Positions 10,258 to 21,600 of a stretch of DNA of 64,000 nucleotides are shown here, piece after piece; position 1 is the first letter of the stretch; the number at the start of each line of letters is the position of its first letter. The notes under the pieces were generated by a model. The model ran no database searches. It was not told the origin of the DNA and was given only the letters and a program-made list of their open reading frames with translations. Both the position numbers and the translations under genes were made by a program. This DNA comes from an uncultured virus (IMG/VR IMGVR_UViG_3300024240_000003). Lineage: Duplodnaviria > Heunggongvirae > Uroviricota > Caudoviricetes. The stretch lies in the IMG/VR virus record IMGVR_UViG_3300024240_000003; one strand, given 5' to 3'.

Positions 10258-11046
10258 TTACGCTGCATCAGGTACTTTTTTTATCTTCCCTGTCGCTAAT
10301 TCATTTAATGCTTTTATTATATTTTCATCATCCATTATCATTCTTAATCCTTTCAGCGAATTTGCATCTTTGTAATTTTCTAAGTCTTTCTCTTCCCAGT
10401 TGTCCCACCAGCCGCTTTTTCCTTTTGATTTTTGGTTTCTGTTCATCCTGAGTTCACTTAATCTGGCTCTCACTTCGTCTTCATTTGCTAAGTATTGATG
10501 ATAATTATCACTTGCATCATATTTATCTTTACTGAGTAGGCTGTTTACTTTTCCTTGCATCTTGGTGTAGTTAAACTTCCCTACATATGGAGTCTCGCCG
10601 TTGAGTCCGTAGGTCAAGGCATGTGTGTATTCGTGTGCCCCGTCTTCCGCTATAGTCTCACTCGTATTGCCTTTGTTTATTTCTATGAATGGCTGTTTAA
10701 GAGGTTTTTTTGTGTTTTCATCGAGGAATTCAAATTTACCCCCCTCAGTAGTATTTTCATTAATATATTTTATAGGTACTTTTTTAATAAAATCAAGTGC
10801 CCCGGGCAGGTCTGCTCCTTTTCTTAAATATGGTTTTAATCTTTTTCCGGCTTCTTCTTTTGAATATTCTTCTGCCATCAGTTCATCGAGAGTTTTCTTT
10901 TTTTTCGGGTCGTCATCCGGACCGTCAGGTTGTGTGGGCAATGCTTCGCTTTGTAATGTAGAGAATACAGGCGACGTCTCCGGCATCACCCCGTAAGGTT
11001 TTCTCTTTAATCCGAGTAGTTCTAATATGTCAGTCTTTTGTGCCAT
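10258..11046 (-). CDS. Zincin-like metallopeptidase
   Basis: HEYTH (HExxH) plus downstream E..AR motif. Confidence 0.7.
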   Translation of the reverse strand: MAQKTDILELLGLKRKPYGVMPETSPVFSTLQSEALPTQPDGPDDDPKKKKTLDELMAEEYSKEEAGKRLKPYLRKGADLPGALDFIKKVPIKYINENTTEGGKFEFLDENTKKPLKQPFIEINKGNTSETIAEDGAHEYTHALTYGLNGETPYVGKFNYTKMQGKVNSLLSKDKYDASDNYHQYLANEDEVRARLSELRMNRNQKSKGKSGWWDNWEEKDLENYKDANSLKGLRMIMDDENIIKALNELATGKIKKVPDAA

Positions 11047-11055
11047 TTATCATTA

Positions 11056-11100
11056 ACAAAAATAGTTAATAAACTGTAATTTCCCGCTTGTTGACTTACA
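11056..11100 (-). promoter_or_regulatory. Putative phage late promoter (copy 1)
   Basis: AAGTCAACA...TATTTTTGT on the minus strand, same spacing as at 40476 and 43726. Confidence 0.6.
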
Positions 11101-11149
11101 TTTTTTATTTTATCTTACTCCCTTGTCATCCCTGAGTGCTCTACAATTT

Positions 11150-11174
11150 GTCACCCTGAACTTGTTTCAGGGTC
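11150..11174. repeat. REP-like palindrome
   Basis: GTCACCCTGAACTTGTTTCAGGGTC hairpin in an intergenic gap. Confidence 0.6.
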
Positions 11175-11210
11175 CTGTCCCGTTCTAATCTTCAATCTTA
11201 TAAATCAGCG

Positions 11211-12641
11211 TCAAAACTCAATCCCGTATTTCTTCACCTCAGCTAATTCACTCCTCAGCTCCACAAAGTCCGCACTGCTTTTATCAATGTTTGACCCAAC
11301 CGCTTTTACGCTCTTCGATATCTCCTGTATCTTTTCAATCACTTCCTCCGGAGTGTCTCCTGTTCCTATTACACTGCATATCGTAGAGGCTTTCGGTACT
11401 GCCCAGTAATTGCCCCCGTAACAACAGGCTTCCCTGAACTTTATCCATTGCCTGTTTTTCTTGTCAAATTTTATCCTCGCCCAGTTTCCTTCTTCTACAA
11501 AACTCGAATAGAAACTCGCACCGCCTCCGTATTTAGCAGTATATTCTGGAATTACTTTTTCATCATGCCCCATTCCCCAAAATACCTCAGCATAGTTTTT
11601 TATCATTTCCTGCTGCACTGCATTCGGTACCGGCGCCGCTAATCTTAAACACGGGTCAATGAAAAATCCCTTCCTCTGTTTCGTAAGTATCAGCTCTGAA
11701 CTCATCCAGAACGAATAATTTAGTTTTTTGAATACCGGTGCCATCTTGTCACTAATTAGCTTTATGCCTTCCGGCACGTCTTTATAATCATATACTTTCC
11801 CGATGTACCCCGCTCCTTTTATTTCGAATCCAACCATCGTAGGACTTACTACTTCACCTTTGTATAATATTCCGTCCAATCCCGGTTCTATTCCGTCTAA
11901 TTTTTCCTCAATCACAAAGTTTAATTCTTCTCCCTTCGGTCCCCACTCTACCTTAAGTCTTGCAATCTTTGGCTCCGAGTCTTCCCAGTCGTCCTGCGAC
12001 CAGGTTTCAACATCACCTCTGTATGTGTTGAGCTTTATTACAACTTTCTTGTGTTCCTTCAAAAATTTTTCCAGCTTTGTTAAACCCTTTACTACGTCAG
12101 TCTGTTGCGTGGGTAATCCGGCTTTTTCCTGTTCCTTCCTTCCTTTTATCCGGTCAAGCTCAAGTTCCTCAGCATCGCCTACACCCGCCACCGGATATCC
12201 TTTGTCTCTTAAAAAGTTTACTATATCCGAACAGTGTGTGTCAGGAAAAACAATCAGGTCAGCTTCATCAACGTAATCCCAGAAGTATTTTATTCTTTCC
12301 ATGTTCTCGAATCCCTCTCCAATCAGGCTCTTTATCGCCTTCGGAAATGCCTCAGTCCAGGGAACGAAATAATGTACCTTTCCGAATTTCTCTCCAAGTT
12401 TATTGGCTACTTCAGTAAATAAGCCGAAATCATATACAAGACATTTCTTATTACTCAAATCCACTTCTTCGCTCTTCTTCGTACCCTTCGTGGTATGCTC
12501 TTCGCTCTTCCTGTTACTGCCCTCTGCTCCTGCAACTGGCTCCACTTTCCCGCTCTTTCCATTCCCCTCGTTCCCAAAGTCCTCTTTGGGAACGTTTCCT
12601 GCTTTTCCTTTTATTCCTAAACTTTTTAATATTTCGTTCAT
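11211..12641 (-). CDS. ATP-grasp ligase (PurD/GARS-like fold)
   Basis: DLIVFPD, G..V.G....ELE.DR..G, VVIK, FVIEEKLDGIE and FIDPCLR ATP-grasp-type motifs. Confidence 0.7.
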   Translation of the reverse strand: MNEILKSLGIKGKAGNVPKEDFGNEGNGKSGKVEPVAGAEGSNRKSEEHTTKGTKKSEEVDLSNKKCLVYDFGLFTEVANKLGEKFGKVHYFVPWTEAFPKAIKSLIGEGFENMERIKYFWDYVDEADLIVFPDTHCSDIVNFLRDKGYPVAGVGDAEELELDRIKGRKEQEKAGLPTQQTDVVKGLTKLEKFLKEHKKVVIKLNTYRGDVETWSQDDWEDSEPKIARLKVEWGPKGEELNFVIEEKLDGIEPGLDGILYKGEVVSPTMVGFEIKGAGYIGKVYDYKDVPEGIKLISDKMAPVFKKLNYSFWMSSELILTKQRKGFFIDPCLRLAAPVPNAVQQEMIKNYAEVFWGMGHDEKVIPEYTAKYGGGASFYSSFVEEGNWARIKFDKKNRQWIKFREACCYGGNYWAVPKASTICSVIGTGDTPEEVIEKIQEISKSVKAVGSNIDKSSADFVELRSELAEVKKYGIEF

Positions 12642-15600
12642 TCTGGTATTTGGTTAATTTCTTGTTTAAATTTTGTTAATCTCTCACCTTTTATTCCCGG
12701 CTTTTCTTCCGCAAGTCTTAATATCCTCTTCCTGTCAATTTTGAATTTCCCCTCTTCATCCTCTTCAGGTTTGTATATCCATTCATTACCATCGTTTGTC
12801 TTTATTTTATATTTATCCTTTATTATAATATTTATATCATCTAATTTATCGAGAAAAGCAACCCTCTTTCCGTAATTTTCAATAGCATCGTATATTTCCT
12901 CGTCTTTATCTTTTTTCTTTTGCTTCTCCGATTTTTTCTGTAACTCCGCTCCCATTCCTTTGAACATTTCATCAAATGCTTTGTCTCTGCATATTCCTAC
13001 GAGCTCCTTCACGTACCACCTTCTGTCATTAGCATCCTCAATCTTGTTTATCGCATCTATGCTCCCCTCAAGTCCTTTCCGGATATACCCACCGCTTATT
13101 TTTACGTAGTTGTAATATTCATCATCCGTCATTGCTCTTTCTTTTCCGCCTATAGAAACAAGCTCTTTTTTATCCGGAAGAGTAATCCATGCATTATTGT
13201 CAACTATCCATTTCCACACTCTGTCGGATTTTACATCCGTTCCGGAAACTACAAACATATTCGAGTAGTCCTTTGTAACCGGCTCTCCGAGTGCGTTTAT
13301 CATAGGCTTGAGTCCAAGCCACTCCTCACCAATTCCAATGTTTTTTATAAACCTCTCCCTGAGAGTGGAAGCATCGTAATATTTATCATCCCATATTACC
13401 CTCATCTGTTTTAATATGTTCGGTACAAAACCTGTAGGTATGTCTATCGCCTGATCTGTGTAATATCTTCCAAATTCGCCTTCCGTATCACCTACTGCCT
13501 TAAAGAACCTAAGTGCTCCGCTCATAAACGATTTATCGAGTATAGAGTGCATACAGATGAATAGTGTTGAACCTATCCTGTCAGCCCAGCTTTCATCTTC
13601 CTTCTTTGAGTATTTCAGATTGTCCACTATCGTTCCAACTGCAAGTAGAGGAGTCGCAATCGTAGGAATATGACTGTAATCATACCACCTGTTGCCTATC
13701 TTTATGCAGTATGGCTTCCATCCTGTTGCTCTGAGTTCTTGTTGCTGTTTGTAACTCGAGGGTCCCGTTCCGGTTATTTCAATTAACCCTTTAAGCGCTG
13801 CCGCTCCTATCAGTCCAATAAGTGCCGTTCCTTTGAGTCCCCTCGTTATGTATCTCCAGTCTTCACCTTCTGCAAATTTCTCTCCGCCAAGCCCATTGTA
13901 GTGCCCGTATATGCCCCTGTATATCCCCCATGGAGAGTAATTAAATCCCATGTTGTATACATTTGCAACTATGTTCCGGAATGGAATCACGAAGTTGATT
14001 AGGTTTCCTACTTTCGCGCCTGGTAAAATAGGTGATGATTTCGGGATTGCCTTTTTGCTCATCCCATTCGCCGACTGCGCTATCATTCCCGCAAGTCCGT
14101 AAGGCTTTCCCTGAAATGTATTTTGTAATCCGTATTTTCTCGAAATTTCGGTTATCTTTTTGTCCCTGCTCTGCTCTACTATCTGGTTTATCCTTCTAAC
14201 CTTATCCACACCCTTCAATCCTTCCGCTTCCGCCTGTGCTTTTGCTTTTTCTCTAATTTCATCAGTAAGCCCCAGCATCTTGTTTATCGTATCATCAAGT
14301 TCTTTACCTCGTAATCCCTGCTTGCCTGCCATTCTCCGGGCTATTGCCCAGGCTTCCATCTCAGCAGTTGCATAGTGGAACATAGTTGCTCCCGCCTTTA
14401 ATGTTCTCGATACGTATTTAGCCCACGCCATCGGACTCCATGCATAGTTGCCTATCAAATCCAAAGCCCTGTTTGGTCCGTATATGTCACTTCCTGAAAG
14501 TATGCTTACCTTACCTTTCATAACAGCACTTGCCTCCGGAAGTCCTTTTTTTATACCTTCTGCATATTGCTTAATCCTTCCCGGGATTTCTTCCGGATGA
14601 CGTATATCTGCATATAAGTTGTCAACCGATAAAATAAACTCAGAAAGCCCTTTCTTTATATGTGTCGAAAGCCCCGAAAGCATCGATGCATATCTGTATC
14701 CCCAGAATCTATCACCAAAACTTATTCCCTTCTGCTTTTCAATATAATCGAATAAATCTTGAATCTCCTGTTGCTGCTGCAGGCTGTCTGCCGGAAGTTC
14801 CTGAACCTTATTCGCTCTCTTTATTATCTCTTTGCTCTGCTCATCAGTGATGAATTTCATTTTGTATTTCTGCGCGAAGAGCTGCCGGTAATCTTCAAAG
14901 TCCAAAGCTCCTAAGTTTGAGAGCTCAATAATCTTTTCATATAGTTTCTTCGCTTCTTTTGGCTTTATGTCAAGCCTGCTTTCGAGTATTTTTCTTTTTC
15001 TCTCTTCTACCTTTTTATCAAAATCTTCTTTTATGGTTTTTGCAAACCCGTCTATCCGGTTTTTTAATTCTTCATTACCGGGAGCATCCGAATCCCTCGT
15101 TCCCAAAGTCCCCTTTGGGAACGTATCCAGATCAGCTTCTTTTAAAAGTTTATCTGTTAGCGTTTCCTTGGCTTCATCAACCACAGAGAAATGTTTTTTA
15201 ACAATATCCGATAGGTTTACTTCCATTTCTTTTAAACCTGTCTTTACTACACTGCTCACTTCCTTCTCACTCCACGGATTTTCTAAGTAATGTTTGAAGT
15301 AATTATCAAGTATAGTTAGTGCCTTCTCATCCTTCCCGAATTTCTTTTTTACGATTTCCTGTGCCTTTACCCATACATCCCGGTAATCCGCTTCCATCTT
15401 TACGGCTTTTCCTACAATCTCAATAAGCTTCCTCTTTGTCATTGGTTGCTTTTCGGGCACGAGCTTGTTTTCCTTCGCCACCTGGAAGAGCGTCCTTACC
15501 ATCTCTTTTACAATGTCCGGGGGCTCGGGCTTAAGCGGAGGTTTAAGTGTGTTTATAACTTTCTTCGCGAGTATCTTACTGGCATCTTCATAGTCCTGTG

Positions 15601-18600
15601 CCTTCTGTCTCAACTCTCTTGCCGCCGTTTTACTTTTTTCCGATACTTCACCTTTGTTAATCTCGTTTACAATTCTGTCCGTTAAATCTTTCAACGAGCC
15701 TGTCACATTGTTTATAATCGTTGTTACCTTTTCAGCGTCCTCATATCCCTTCACCCTTGCTTTCAATTCCCTGATAATATATTCAGCTTTCTTATTCCTT
15801 TCCTCAAATTCACTCGTGAGTTTTTGAACGGCATCCGATAATTCTTTATTCTTTATGTTCCCTACAGCCTCCACCATGCTTTGATGCAGGTCTTCGTATT
15901 CCTTGAATAATTCTTCCTTTTCCTTATCGCTTAATTTGCCTTTTGTTTCCATCTCCGCAGAGAGTTCTACAATCTTTTTTGATAAGTCTGATATTTCTCC
16001 TCTTACACCTGCTATGTAATTATCTAATTCATCACCTTTTAAAAATTCATCCATATCATCCGCCACGTATCTTGTCACCTTTACAAGTTTCCCGCCTTCT
16101 GTTACCGTATCTTTTCCTTCAATCTGCTTTTTCGCATATCTTAAAAAGCCCGCAGGAGATAGATTCTTGAACATAGCATAAGCCTGTACACCTCTTCCAA
16201 GCAGCGTTCCGGCTTCCATTGTGTAGCCGGCTAAATCAACAGCCTTTTTATATTTTTCCTCAGCCGCAAGTATATCACCGCCTTTTTCAAGTTCTTCTCC
16301 TTCCAATGAGAGCCTCTTTATCAGGTATTCACCCATTGCTACTTTCACTTCATTCTCAATCTCTGCATCGTTCCTCTTTATCGCTTCTATCGAGTCGTCA
16401 ATACCGTAATCTTCTACGTGCTGCAAAGCCTTTTCAAGTGTAACTTTGTTTGCTATCGGTTTGTAAAATTTATTTTCCAGAGCCTGCTTTATTCTTTCAT
16501 TCACTTCATCGCTTCTTCCAATCTGCTTTCCGAATTTCCGCGGCTTCATTTTCTTTTCCCTTGCTAACTCTTCTGTAGCAACCCGGTTAACATAATCCGC
16601 ACTTGCCAGTTCGTATAGTTCTTTGTATTGATTCTCTGAAAATTTAAATGGTACTTTTTGTGATTCAAATAATCTGTCCATTGAATCCTTGAATTCTCCC
16701 TCAGTCATCTTTGGATTGTTGGATATACCGAAAGTTCCTATCTTTATTAAGTTATCTTTATGCTCGATAAAATAACTCGTGCTGGTATGCTCAAGTAACT
16801 TTGGAAATTCTTCCGGATTGTTTTTAAATTCCGATTCCAATTCTCCCGGATCCTCTTCCATTTCATATCCATCACCTTTTTCACTTATTATTCCACGCTT
16901 AAATAATTCTTCTGTCACTTTCCTTATCTCTTTTGTATCCCGACCGGATTTCTCAGCGATATCGGATACTTTTACGCTCCCGCCTTTCTTCGGAAGAGAA
17001 GAAAATATAGAATCCTTAAAATCCTCTAATCCTTTTTTTATCTCTCCAACCCCGCTTTTTATCCCTTCATCAAGATTGTAATTCGTCAGCGAACCGAATT
17101 TGTAATCACTGCTATAATCCGGCGATTCCCCTTCAGTATCTTTTTCCCTATTGACATTAATATTTTTATCACTTAAATTTGAATCGGATAAATCATCCGT
17201 TGAAATCTGTTTATTACCCTTCGGGGTTTCAGATTTCAGTTGTGATTTGCTTTCAAAGTTACTCTCGTTGGATTCGTCTGACGAGAGTATTTTATTTTCA
17301 GAATATTCTTCCGTTCCATTCAATAATGACGTTAAATCATTGGTGATATTTTTTGCTTTTACTTTGTCTTTATTAAATTTTTCCTCTTGTACTTTAACTT
17401 CATCGCTATTTAAAAAATCTTGTTTTGCTTTCTTATATCTTTCAGTAAAAATTTCATTGTATTTTAAATCAATATCTTGATGTGCATTCCGTCTTTCGTA
17501 ACTACTCCCGTAATTCTCTCCCTGCCCTGAAATAAAAGAATGCTCGTTTTGTCTCGCTTGTTTTTCCTCATCTGTTAAAAAACTGTCTCCTCCATTTCTA
17601 TTGAAAACAGGATTAAATTTTTCTTCAGGCTTTGGCAATGTAGATAGTTCTTTAACTTGTCCCTTAATAAAATCTTTATTCTTTTCGGCGTTAATATAAA
17701 ATATTTCAGGCAGTATTTCAGAATTTATTATACCCCGATTTTTTAATTCGTTTATTGTTTTTTCATCAAATCCTTGTTTTGATAATTCTATTTTATAAAT
17801 AGGTTCGTCTTTAGCGACTTTTAGATTGTTTCTTAATTCTTCTGCTTTATTTAGATTTTCTGCTGTTTCGTAATCAATCCCGCTATAATATCGGGGTAAA
17901 TTATACTTATATGTTGCATCAAACCATCCGTACTTACCATTCATTTCAACTGACGACACTATTCCGTGTTCCGGCTCTTTATCTTCTCGCTTGAATGTCT
18001 TGAATTTTGAGTTGAAGTCATCTAATTCTTTCTGTGCCTCATAAACATATTTACTTCTTACATTTTTAATATTGTTTTTCTTTTTAATGACTTCTTTTGA
18101 TTTCGTATCAAGAGCTTTAATAACATTTTTGGGAACATCTTTAAAACTTTCGATGTTGTCTAAATTATCACTACCTAATTCTTTCAATTCTGCCTCTGAA
18201 AATAAAAAGGGACTGATAAATTCATCTACACTATAAAACGGTGTTTCATTTCCATAAGAAGATGTATGATGCCACTCGTTTGTTGTTGCTAATCCTGCAT
18301 CTACCATTCTTTTTGCCCAAGTTGGAAGTTTTGAATAAGGTAATTTCCCTTCTTCATACGCTGATTCGGCTCGTTTACTCATTGAATGTCCAACATACCC
18401 ACTATTGCCCCCAAATGGTTTTCTTTTTTCACTCACCATCTCTCCAACATTAGTACCAATCTCTTCTCCAAAATATCTCCTGTAATTTGTTACCTCTCCG
18501 CCTTCCCATGGATATTCCTTTTTGTTGTCATTTCTCCAGCTCTTCTGCTTTGAGTTGTCTAAGAAGTCTACGAGCTGCTGGTCCTGAAGCATCTGCTCCA

Positions 18601-21600
18601 CGTTAGTTCTCGCAAATGGACTCAGGTTTTCTTCGTTACCCATCACCATTGCAAAGTGTGAGCTCCCCGTCTCTACTCCTATTTTCCTTAAGTATTCCAG
18701 TATATCTTCGTAATTATCCAGTAGTCCCATAGGTACTTCATGCATCGTTGTTATTTTCATCTGTGGGTCAACTCCAATCAGCGTAACCGCATTGTCGTTT
18801 CCCTGTAATTCTTTTACTATATTTTGTAATTTTTTCGAGGAGATTTTCTGTCCCATATACCCTGAGTGACTCTTCGGGTCTAATAGTGTGTCATATCCTA
18901 ATTTTAAATTATCTTCATCTGCAAAGTCATAGATATCCTGTGTTTTGAGTATCTTCTCAAATACAGAATCGTTTCTTTTTTTCGCTTCCTGCTTTATGTT
19001 TGTTATGTCCCCGAATCTTTGTTCGAAATTCAAGCGGTGAATTACCGAGTATTTTCCGTGATTGGTTACTATATGCGCCTTTATTTCCGGAATTTCCTTC
19101 ATAAATTCATAAGTCGTCTTTATGTCATCATCGCTTGCATAATGCTCCGCAGATGGATGATTGTGCGTTAATATCACTTCATCAGCTCCTAACTTGCTTA
19201 TATCACCTTTTATCAGCTCTTTCATATCCGGAGAGAATATTACCGCATTTGGCAGTCTTGAAGTTACTGTTTTGTATCCCACAATTTTACCGTCTTTCAT
19301 ATAAAACACTCTGAAGCTTTCAAACCTGGGGTCTCTGAGTACCTGTACCATATAAGCTAAATCCGCCGGTGTGTTTACTTCTTTTCCTATGAATTCAATC
19401 TGTCCGTCTTCAATCATTTTCCTTGTCTTCTCAAGGTATTCTTTGTTGTACCTTAATGGTAATTCTCCGAAGAGTCTATCAGACCCGGGTTCCTTTCCTC
19501 CGGTGCTCTCTGCTTTTCCTTCTCCGCCAATATTTCCCATCTTGCTATCTGTGTCGTTATTTCCGGTATCGGATTCGGCGGCTTCCTTACCTGTTGTTGC
19601 ATCCGGTAACTGTTCTCTTCCTGCCAGTTCGTTATAATTAAATAACCCCAGTTGTCCACTGCTAATACTGAAATCGTATCTTGCAAGGTCTCCGATGGCT
19701 TTATTGAATAAATCCAGTTGACCTGGTTCCTTACCCTCGATATTAACATTTTTAAGCCCTTCCTTTTGTAGAACTGTTATTTCTTTGTCTATCTTATTAT
19801 TTATTTCGTCTCCGTATATATCAATCTGTCCTTCAAGCGGCTGCTCGCTGTTGTATTTTTTCATAGCCGCTATCACATCTTTTGCTCTTTCCTGTATCGC
19901 TCTTAATTCTTTTGCATATTTGTAATCACCGCTTTCAGCATATAAATTTGCTATCCTGTCATTGTAATCCTGAAGTGTTTTCAGGTATTCATAAGGATTC
20001 CCAATCCCTAATCCCAAATCCCCTTTATAAGCCTCGTACTCCGCCCCCCGTTCAAATACAGCTTGTCCCTGCATTACACTTTCTTTCATAGAGGGGGTAA
20101 TGTCAAGGGAGTGGATAGGTGAACTTTCTACGTAGTTTTCTTTAATATATTTTTCTGCCTTTGCTCTTGTCAAAAAGGTTTTAATAACAAGATTGTACTC
20201 ACCATTTGGGGACATTGCTTCAATCACAAACTTATTACCCTTTTCTACTATACGTGGTTCTTTATATTGGTTATTTAATTTTGAATCATTATTTATTGTG
20301 AGTTCTTTTTCCCCTACTTTCCCGCCCCACTTCTTTGTGTATTTGTTCATAAATTCGGGAATGATTTTGTCGTAGAATCCTTTCATTCCTTCACCACCGA
20401 TTTTTAAATTATCACCCTCAATCTTACCAACCGTTTCCTTACTGTTTATTATTTTTTCTGCAATTTCCTTACCTACTAAATTAGATAATTCATTTTTCAA
20501 TACAACTTCATTCGGATTAATTACATTAAGTATTTCATTATTTTTACCAAATATTTTTATAAAATATCCGTCTGCACGTTTGTTATAAGAATATTCAATT
20601 TTGTTCACCTGCTTACTCAAATCATACCTCTCCGCCTGTTGCTCTCCCGTAGTCCAGCCAATTCCGTCATATCCGTTTTCAGTTGCGTGTCGTAATGCCC
20701 ACTTCATTCCTACTTCTTGCCAGTTCTTTTTGAATGGAAAATTCGGAACGCCTGATTTTACACTTAATTTGTCAAGTTCTCTATCTTCTTCATCGGTCAT
20801 TTTTTCAAGTAATATGTCGGGGAAACCTTGTCTCTTTTCTAAACCATATTTTTTCTTCAATTTTTCTAAATATTCATCATACAGTTTTTCATCTCCACTA
20901 TACCCCTCTTTTCTTCCCTTCTCTCCCCAGTCACTCTGTACTTCTTCAAGGAATAAGATTTTCTTGCCATCCGCAGTCGTTCTGTCGTTCATACGGAGAT
21001 GTAATGCTACGTTGGGTTCGTCAAAGTGACCACTTTTGAAAACATCGGGTCTTGTTTCTTCGCCCGTTTGTCTTAATGATTCTAACTTTTTATCTTCTTC
21101 GGGTGTAATCTCTGCTCGTAACCTTTTTTGAGATATTTCACGTGGATTTAATCCATATTTTTCTGCTAATTCATTATAATAATCTGCAAATTTTAATAAT
21201 GGTTTTCCGCTCGGTAACGTCAATAATACCTCTTTGTAGTTTTCACCGCCGGGTAATTGCCATTGTGCAAATTTGGTGTCTGCTTGCTCTTTAATTGATT
21301 TTATATCTTCGTAACTGTCTATTGCCTCGTTATGTGCTTCAACTATATCGTGATATTTGTTAATATCGTAATCCGGTAAATATTTTAGTATGTTATCAAC
21401 CGCACCACTCATTTGAGGAGAATTGAATTTCATACTGTCTAAAATATGTGTCCACTCACTTCTGTCGGAGAATGATACACCTTTTTCTTTTAACTGATTT
21501 TGTAAATCTGTGTTAGCTTCTTTATATTTATCATATATTTTATTTCTTCTAATCTCCGCATCCTTGATTTGCTGCTGTCGCTTTTCGCTTATAGTCCCTG

